From a virus, in the IMG/VR virus record IMGVR_UViG_3300037230_000036, positions 1 through 64,000 of that record: a DNA stretch of 64,000 nucleotides. One strand, given 5' to 3'. The notes beneath the pieces are model-generated. The model did no database searches. It had not been told where the DNA came from and saw only the letters and a program-made list of their open reading frames with translations. How positions within the stretch are numbered: position 1 is the first letter of the stretch; each line of letters opens with the position of its first letter. Below, in pieces: positions 17,407 to 26,400 of the stretch. The translations under genes were made by a program, and so were the position numbers.

Positions 17407-20400
17407 ATGGACGGCTGGCAGCATTTCGCCGAGGGTGGCGACACCGACGCGCCGGACCAGGTGGTAGCGCCGGCCGGGAACGTCTTCGACCAGTTCGACC
17501 AGCCCGCAAAGCCGAGCGCACCCGCCGCGACACCGATCCCCTCGGCGCCGCCGGGCAACTTCTTTGACCGCTTCGACGCGGGCACGAAGGCCGCGGCACC
17601 ACCTGCCACCGGCGGCAATTTCTTCGACAAATTCGACGCGCCGAAACCCGCGGCCGCCGCAGCCTTCACCCGCGAATCGCCGCTCCTCCCGAAGTCACAG
17701 GCGGACATCGACGCGGCGGCGCCGGGCTCCTGGATCAAAGACCCGACCCGCGGCGACCTCTACCAGATGCCGGCGAAGGCCGAACCAGCAGCGCCTCCGG
17801 CCCCCGCGCTCGACTTCTCGAGGCTGACCCCGGGGCCGAAAGCGCCGACCGCAGGGCAAGCGGCACTCCATGCCGCCGAGCGCAGCGTCGTGCCGGCTGC
17901 TGGCGGTCTCGTTGGGGCCGGAGCCGGGGCGGAACTAGGTGCGGCGATCGGTGCATTCGGGGGGCCGCTGGACTGGCTGACGGTGCCGGCGGGCGCGATT
18001 ATCGGCGGCGGCATCGGCGCTATGGGGGCCGGGTATGGCACCGAGAAGGCGCAGGAGGCAGTCACATCGAAAATCCCGGAGTCGGTCAAGGAAGCGGTCG
18101 GCCAGGGAACCGAGCAGCAAGAGGCGGAGACCAAGGCGCACCCGGTCGCCCAATGGATCGGCGAGAATGCCCCGTACCTTGCCGCGCTGTCTCCGTTCGG
18201 AGCCGCCGAGCATGCGCTTCCGGAAGGGGCTGGAGCATTCGCTCGGGCGATGCAGAACCCCGTGGCGCAGCGCGCTCTCCCCGCCGCGATCATGGGTGGC
18301 CAGGAGGCCGTTAATGAAAAGGTGCAGGGCGAGCCGCTGAATCCGTGGGAGATCGCCGGCGCCGCTGGGGTCGGCGGTCTCTTCAACAACGAGACTCGCG
18401 TCGGTTCGGCGCTGACCGGGGCCGGCTCGGCCGTGGCTCGGCCGCTGGCGGGTCCCGCCGCGCGGCTTGCCGGACACGCGCCGCCGTCGGAAACCGGGCC
18501 AGCGGCCCCGCCAGCGCCGCCAGGGCCCGGCGCAGCGGCCGCAGCCGCGCCAGCATGGCCGCCAGCCATCGGCGAGACGTTCGGCCTCAACATGGGCGAC
18601 GCCGGCGTGCAGCCGGTCACGGTCAGCCGCTATACCCCCGACGGCGACATCGTGCTCAAGGACGCCGACGGCACCGAGCACCCGATGACCCCGGAGGACG
18701 TCGCCCGGTTCCGTGCCCCGCTGCCGACAGGAGAAGCTGATGCCCCGACACCGGAAGCCGCAGGAGCGCCGCCAGCAGTCGAAGCGCCTCCCGCCCAAGG
18801 TTCAGCGCGCGCAGCAGTACCGCCAGCGCCAGCGGAAGCGCCTCGCCCGGAAGTGACGGCGGCGCCGCAGATGGCCGGCGAAGGCCAGCCAGCGACGATG
18901 GAAGATCTCGAGCACGTCGCCGCGCTGGAGCGTGCCGCCGCAACTGGGGCGCCGGTTACCCCGCAGCCCGCGCTTGCCACGGCGGAGGCGACGTTGGGGC
19001 GCGAGGCGCAGGGCGAGCCGATCGAACCACCGCGGCCCGCTGCCGCCCCCACAGAGTCTGACGCCGGGACGACGGCAAGCGTGCCGTTCATGATAACGGG
19101 CGCCATGCGCGCGGAGCTCGGCCGCCGCGGCTACACGCAAGAGCAGATTCGCAGCCTGACGCCGGCCGTTGCGCACTCCATTCTTTCTGCTGCGGCGCCC
19201 GTTGCGGAACCGGCAGCACCACCCCGATCCCAATTTGTATACGACGGCACTCCGCGGCCCGAAAACATCGGTACATGGGAAGATGTCCCTGAGACTCCGC
19301 CCGAGCCAGAAGCGACCCGAGTCACAGCGCAAGCCCCGGAGACTGCGGGAGAACCCGCGCCGGCCGTTGCGACAAATATTCCCGAAAATATTCCGGCGCC
19401 GCCCGATCCCTACCAGCGCGCGGTCGAATTGCTCCAGAACCGCGGCGTCGGCAATCCGATCAACGCCGGCATCCTCCGCTCGCAACTCGGGCTCAGCCTG
19501 CCTGACACGCGGAGCGTGATCGACAGATTGTCGGCCGAGGGATATTTGGCCGGCACCGGGCGCAACATGACGATCGCGGAGCCCGGTGCAGTGCCGCCGG
19601 TGGGAAATGAACCGGGGACTGCCGCTGCTACTCCGTTGCCTCAAGCCGCAGATGTCGGAAATGAGCGCGCCATTCCGCAGGCTGCTGAGACCGAATTGGC
19701 AACGGAACCGGAACGAGCGCCGGAACCTCTTCCTACGCCGGCACCTCAGCCGCAGCGCGCCCCAACCGAGGCGGACATCGGCCGCGCGTCCGAGCAGATC
19801 TTCGCCGCGTACCAACAGGGCGGACCAGACGCCGCACGGGGGGTGTACCAGAACCTCGTTGAGACCTGGCCTGGCGGTGCGGTGGAGAATGCCCGCGCCA
19901 GGTTTCAGAGCCTCGTTGAGGGCAGCGGAAAGCCGTGGGAACAAGCGCAGCAGGAGGCCGGAAACCGCGCCAAGGTCACCGAGGGCAACCACACCAAGAC
20001 CGGAGCGCCGATCGTCACGGTGCAACTCGCGCAGAAGGTCGGGTCGGACGAGTTCAAGGGGCTCGGGGCGCAGGCCCGGAAACTCGGCGGCTACTACTCG
20101 TCCTATCGGGGCCGCGGGGCACTACCGGGGTTCGTGTTTCCAGAAAAAGAAGGGTTGGCGGCGGCACGCGATCGGGCAAACGACTTCGCCGCCCTGGCCG
20201 AAGGGAAAGCGCAGGTGCCGGCGGCGATAAAGCCCGAACCTCCTCTCGCGGCGGACGAACATCTTGGCCTCGTCTCAACGTCGCTGGAGAGTCCGGCCAC
20301 CCCGCATTCCGACAATCCGCAGGTGCAGATGGCCGATACCATTGCGCTTCGGCTGGAGCAGGGCGGCACGCCGATCTCTGCCCGCGAGTTGCAGCAGCTT

Positions 20401-23400
20401 GCGGAGGGCGTCTACGGCAGCAAGCTCGCCGAGGGAAAATTCGACCGCGCCACGATGTACGATGCGCTCGAACTCGGGGTGAACAAGTTCATCGCCGCGC
20501 ACCCGGAGCGCTTTGATCCATCGGTAGACCTCAGCCGCGCCCTTAGCACCGCCGCAGAACTCCGTGCACTGAAAGAGAAATTGCCGACGCAGACGGTGCG
20601 TGCCGGGGAAAAGGAAACGCTTCAGCAGTTCTCGACGCCGCCGGACTTCGCCTATGCCGCCGCTTGGGCCGCCCGCCTCGACCGCGACGACTCCGTTCTG
20701 GAGCCTTCCGCCGGTACCGGCAGCCTCGCGGTCTTCGCAATGAACGCGAAACCGCGCGAGGTCACCGTCAACGAGATCTCCGCAAATCGCGCCCCGCTGG
20801 TCGAAAGCCTTCGGCCGACCCGGGCCTTCCGTGAGAATGCGGAGCAGATCAACAACATCCTGCCGCGCGAGGTGCGCCCGACTGCCGTGCTGATGAACCC
20901 GCCGTTTTCGTCGGCCGGGACGCGGCTCGCCGGTCGACGCCAGATCAACATCGGCGCGCAGCACGTCGAGCAGGCGTTGGAGCGGCTGGAGTCCGGCGGC
21001 AGGCTCGTCGCGATTGTTGGCCGCGGCATGGGGCAGAATATGGAGGCCGCGTACCGTCAGGGCACCGGGGCGCACTTCGCGGATTGGTGGCGACGGATCG
21101 GCCAGCAATACGACGTCCGCGCCAACATCGGCGTGCCGGGCGAGGTCTACAACAAGTACGGCACCAATTTTGAAACTCGGCTCCTCGTCATCGACAAGGT
21201 GCCACCAACGGGTCGCGCGCCGCTTATTGCGGAATCGACCGGCGTCACCGATCTTATGCAGAGGCTACAGGAGGTGCGGGATGATCGACCGCAACCCGTT
21301 GCCGGCGCTGAACCGGCTGCCGGTCAACCAAGCGGCGCAGCGGTGCATGGCGAAGGGGCAGTTGAGCCCGGACCCGAACCGGCTTCACGCGATCGAACTG
21401 CTGCAACTGGGGTTCCAGTTCCGCCTGCCGATACCGGGACAGGCCGAGGGCTATCGGTCGGACCTGGAGAGCGCGGCGGAGCAGCTGGACAGCCCGCGGC
21501 TCGCCCCAGCGGACGTGATGAGGTGGCTCCTCAGCAACCCGAACGCGGGGTCGACGGAGGAGCAGAGCAGCACCCTGTCGGAGGAGCTGCTGGACGCCCC
21601 GACGTGGCAGGCGGGAGCGCAGCGCCTGATGCAATGGTTCTACGACCTGAAGGCGAGCCTGGAGCCGTTCTACCGCCCGGCGCCACATCTCCAGACGTAG
21701 TTCCGTCGCCCGCTGTCGTCAGCGTCGACGAGACCGGCGCGAACCCGGAGACTGCGGGGCCGATCACCGAGCAGGTCTACGAACCGTACCGGCCACAGCG
21801 GATCACGGTCGCCGGCGCAAAGAGCCACCCGACAAAACTGGTGCAGACCGCCGCGATGGCATCGGTGATGCCGCCGGAAACGAGTTACGCACCGAGACTT
21901 CCGAAAGCGCTGATCTCGGCCGGGAAGCTCTCCGACGCGCAGCTTGAAGCCATCGTCTACGCCGGACACGCTCATGCGCAGATGTTGCCCGCGATCGAGG
22001 GCGAGGTGCCTCAGCGCCGCGGCTACTTCATAGGGGATGGGACCGGCGTCGGAAAGGGCGCTCAGGTCGGCGGCATTATCCTCGACAACTGGAACCAGGG
22101 CCGCACCAAGGCGGTATGGCTCAGCGAAAGCCGCACCCTCATCAACGATGCGCGCCGGGACTGGCGCTGGATGGACCGCGATCCGAAGGAAATCTTCGAC
22201 TTCGGGAAGACCGCGAAGCCGGGCGAGGATGTCAAGGTCGGGAAGGGGATCGGCTTCCTCACCTACGACACGCTCAAAGGCTATGAGCGGCAGGGGAAGG
22301 ACGCCGAGGGGAGGACGCTCAAAGGGCGTACCCGCGTCGACCAGCTCGTCGACTGGCTCGGCCCCGAGTTCGACGGGGTTATCGCCTTCGACGAATCGCA
22401 CAACCTCGCGAACAGCATTCAGACCAAGGGCTCCCGCGGCTTGCAGGACGCCGCGCAGAAGGCGCTGTCCGGGATCGAGTTGCAGCAGCGGCTACCGAAC
22501 GCCAGGGTCGTCTATGTGTCCGCAACCGGCGCGACAGAGGTCAGCAACCTCGCCTATGCGGAGCGGCTCGGGCTCTGGGGACATGGATCCGCCTTCCCGA
22601 ACAAGGGTGAGTTCATCAACCAGATCGGGGCTGGGGGAGTCGCGGCGATGGAGCTCGTCGCTCGCGACATGAAGGCGATGGGTTCCTACATCTCCCGCAA
22701 CCTCAGCTATGACGGCGTCGAGTACGACCGCCTCGAACACAACCTGTCGCCGGATCAGCGCCGCATTTACGATGATCTGGCCGACGGCTGGCAGAGCGTC
22801 CTCAACAACATGGAGGAAGCGCTGCTCGCGACGACCGGGACCCGTGACAACAATGGCAACCCGAAAGCTGATTCGCGGCAGCGGTCCAATGCGCTGTCGG
22901 CGTTCTGGTCGGGACACCAGCGCTTCTTCAACCAACTCATCACGACACTGCAGATGCCGTCGGTGATCCGCGGGATCGAGGGAGACCTGAGGGCCGGGCG
23001 CCAGTCCGTCCTGCAACTCGTCAACACGAACGAAGCCTCGCAGGAGCGCGCGATCTCCCGGGCGCGAGCCGAGGAAGGCGACCTTGAAGACCTCGACATG
23101 ACCCCACGGGATCAGTTGATGCAGCTGGTCGAGAAGTCATTCCCGGTTCACCAGATGGAGGGGTACGTCGACGAGAACGGCAACACGCGGAGCCGCCCGG
23201 TGCGGGACAGCGCCGGAAACCTCGTCGAGAACGCCAAGGCCGTAACTATGCGAGATCAGCTGCTGTCGCGGCTCGGCAGCATCCGTGTGCCGGACGGCCC
23301 CCTCGAACTGTTGATGAACCACTTCGGCACCGACAAGGTCGCCGAGATCACGGGCCGGAAGCAACGCGTCGTCCGGAAGGCTGATGAGCGCGGCCAAGTC

Positions 23401-26400
23401 CGCAACCAGATCGAGTCCCGGCCGGCGAGCGCGAACGTGACCGAGGCGGACGCCTTCCAGAATGCCAAGAAGCCGATCCTCGTGTTCTCGCAGGCTGGCA
23501 TGACGGGCCGCAGTTATCATGCCGACCTCTCATCGGAGAGCGCGGGTGCGCGGCGGTCGCACTACCTAGTGCAGGCTGGGTGGCGAGCCGATAAGGCGAT
23601 CCAGGGTTTCGGCCGCACGCACCGGACCAACCAGGCGTCGGCGCCGATCTTTCATCTCGTCACGACCGACCTCCAGGGACAGCGTCGGTTCATCTCTTCG
23701 ATCGCCCGCCGCCTGGCGCAACTCGGGGCTCTGACTAAGGGAGAGCGGCGCGCAGGGGAGTCCGGGATGTTCAGCGCCCGCGACAACCTCGAAAGTACGG
23801 AAGCCCGCTCGGCCCTGTCCGCCTTCTGGCGCGACATGCAGCATGGCCGCATCCCGGCGATCGAACCCCGCGACTTTGAACAGCAGACCGGTCTCAAACT
23901 GGAGAACAGCAACCACGAGAGTACCGAGGCACCAGAGATCACGCAGTTTCTGAACCGACTGCTGTCGCTGAAATTCGACACGCAGAACGCGGTCTTCGGT
24001 GCTTTCGAGGAACGGTTGAACACGGCGATCGACCGCGCTTCCGCTGCGGGCACGCTGGATGTTGGAACGGAAACCCTCAAGGCGGATCGGATCGCCAAAC
24101 AGGAGGAGCGCACCGTCCACCGCGACCCGCAATCCGGAGCAGAGACCAAGTACGTGCGGCTTCGGGTCGACAACCGGGTGAACCCGCGCACCTTCGATCA
24201 GGTATCCCGCAATGCCAGCCGCGGCGAGGCGCCGGCTTTCTATGTGCGCTCAAAGCGGTCCGGCAAGGTGATGGCGGTGTCGCCGTCGAACGATGTCACC
24301 GACGCTAAGACCGGGCGCATCATCCCGGAATACCGGCTCACCGATCCGCTGCGGTACACCTTCCTTTCCCGCGACAAGATCGACGGCTACGGCGCCGAAC
24401 GGAACTGGGAGCGCATCGATGACCCCGGCCAAGCCCGCGATCTCTGGAACGCGCAGGTGGCGGCACTCCCCGAGTTCCAGAGCCACGACGAACATCTCAT
24501 CACCGGCGCGCTGCTGCCAATCTGGGATCGCCTCAAGGGGTTCCCGAAGGTTTATCGGCTGCAGACCGACACCGGCGAGCGTATGCTGGGGCGCACTATC
24601 TTTCCGTCCGACCTAGATGCAACGCTGAAGGCCCTCGGGGCCGAAAGCAGCGGCCGCACCTACGAGCCGGCCGAGGTCGCGGCTGGCGTCGCGCAGGGAG
24701 CCCGCGCCTCGCTAGCCAACGGGTGGTCGCTGCGGCGATCAATGGTCGCCGATCAGCCGCGCATCGAATTGATCGGCCCCGACTACAGCAACGATGCCGA
24801 ATTGCGCTCAGCGGGGGTGTTCTCCGAGCGCATCGGCTACCGGACCCGCTACTTCGTGCCGACTGGAGATGACGCGGCCGGGTCGATCGCTAGGATCACC
24901 GAACGCCGCCCGGTCGTCGACATGATGCGCGGAACCGATGACGAGGAAGGGTTGGAGGAACCCGGGGCGACTTCGTCCAGCGCGCCAGGCGCACGGGACA
25001 CCACCGACGAATATCACCAGTTCGCCTCGGCCTATCCGCAGACCCCGGACGCCCAGACCGCTGCGGCCGCACACTACGTCTCCTATTCGGGAGCGCAGAC
25101 TGGAAACGAGCACCTCGCCATCGTCGACCGCAGCGGTCAGCCGATCGGAGCCGGGACCAGCGATGCGCCGGACCGCGTCAGCTTTGATGTGCCCGGGCTC
25201 AACGAGCGGCTGGCTGATCCGGCGTCTGACCTCGCCATCCACCACAACCATCCCCGAGACCTCGCGCTGAGCGGCAGCGACGTGGCGACGCTCGGCTATC
25301 CCGGCGCGGCCACCGTGGTTGCGCACGGGCCGCATGGCGACATCTTCGCAGCGCACCTGACGCCCGAGGCGAAGGTCGCATTCGACCAGCACATCGAGCG
25401 TCCCGGAAATCTATCCGCAGCCCGCGCGCCCTACGAAGCCGCGAACCGGATCGTCCGGAGCGCCCTCACGATGCAGGTGCTCGGCGACAAGTTGGCCCCG
25501 GACGCTGCGGAACGCCTGCAGGCCGACATGGTGAACCGCGCCCTTGATGCGGCGGGGCTCACCGATTATGTGAGTACACGCGGTTCCGAGGGGCTCCCGG
25601 ATCGCGTCTACCGCTCGATCGTCGCCCGCGCCGCGCGGGAAGCCCAGGACGCGATGGCGCAGTCGCCGCGCACCGCCGCACTCAGGGGAGATGTCAGTGC
25701 TCGACTTGATCGATCCACCGTCGTCCTTCAGCCCGACGCCGCAATGGCAGCAATTTCTCGATTCGCTGCCGGCGCAGAGCGCGGACCCGCAGACGCAGGC
25801 GCTGCGGACCGAGGCGCAGGACGAGTTGGCGCGGAGGCAGGGCGCGGGGAAGCCGTGGTGGGTGCAGGAGGACTCCGCGAAGAACCCGCCGACTTCGGCA
25901 GCGGAGCCGTCGACGAAGCCGTAGACGAGGCCGGAACGCCAGAGGACACCCGCGGCTATTTCCAGCGCCTCGGCGACTCGCTCGGCATGGGGCGCGCGGC
26001 GCCGGGCAGGGGCGACCACTTCTTCAACATCCTCAACAAGGACTTCACGTTTCCGCGGTCGAAGGCGTCGCTGGACCCGCGGTCATCGCAGAAGTGGCAG
26101 GCCGAGCTCGCGAAGAAGCGGTACGCGACGGCGCTCGCCGACGGCTACCACGATGGCCTCGCCTCCTGGACCGGGAAGCCGCCGGAGACCTGGCGCAAGG
26201 TCTTCGGGGCGATGGAGATCCTGACGCTGGAGGGCCGGCAGGTGCCGCTCGATGGTCGCGCCGTGATCGCCGAGAACTCGCGGTTCCCCTTCGCGGCCCA
26301 TTCGAAGATCGGCGATACCATCCGCCTGACGACCCCCGACGAAATCGGCATGTTCACCGACTACCGCCGCACGATGGACAAGGTGTGGAAGGATGTCGTC

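Noticed and set aside
19169-20230. Further +1-frame ORFs in the giant gene (19169-19519, 19586-20230)
   Set aside because: Codon bias is only partly shifted, RBSs are weak, and the ORFs run on into clearly non-coding Arg/Ser-rich sequence.
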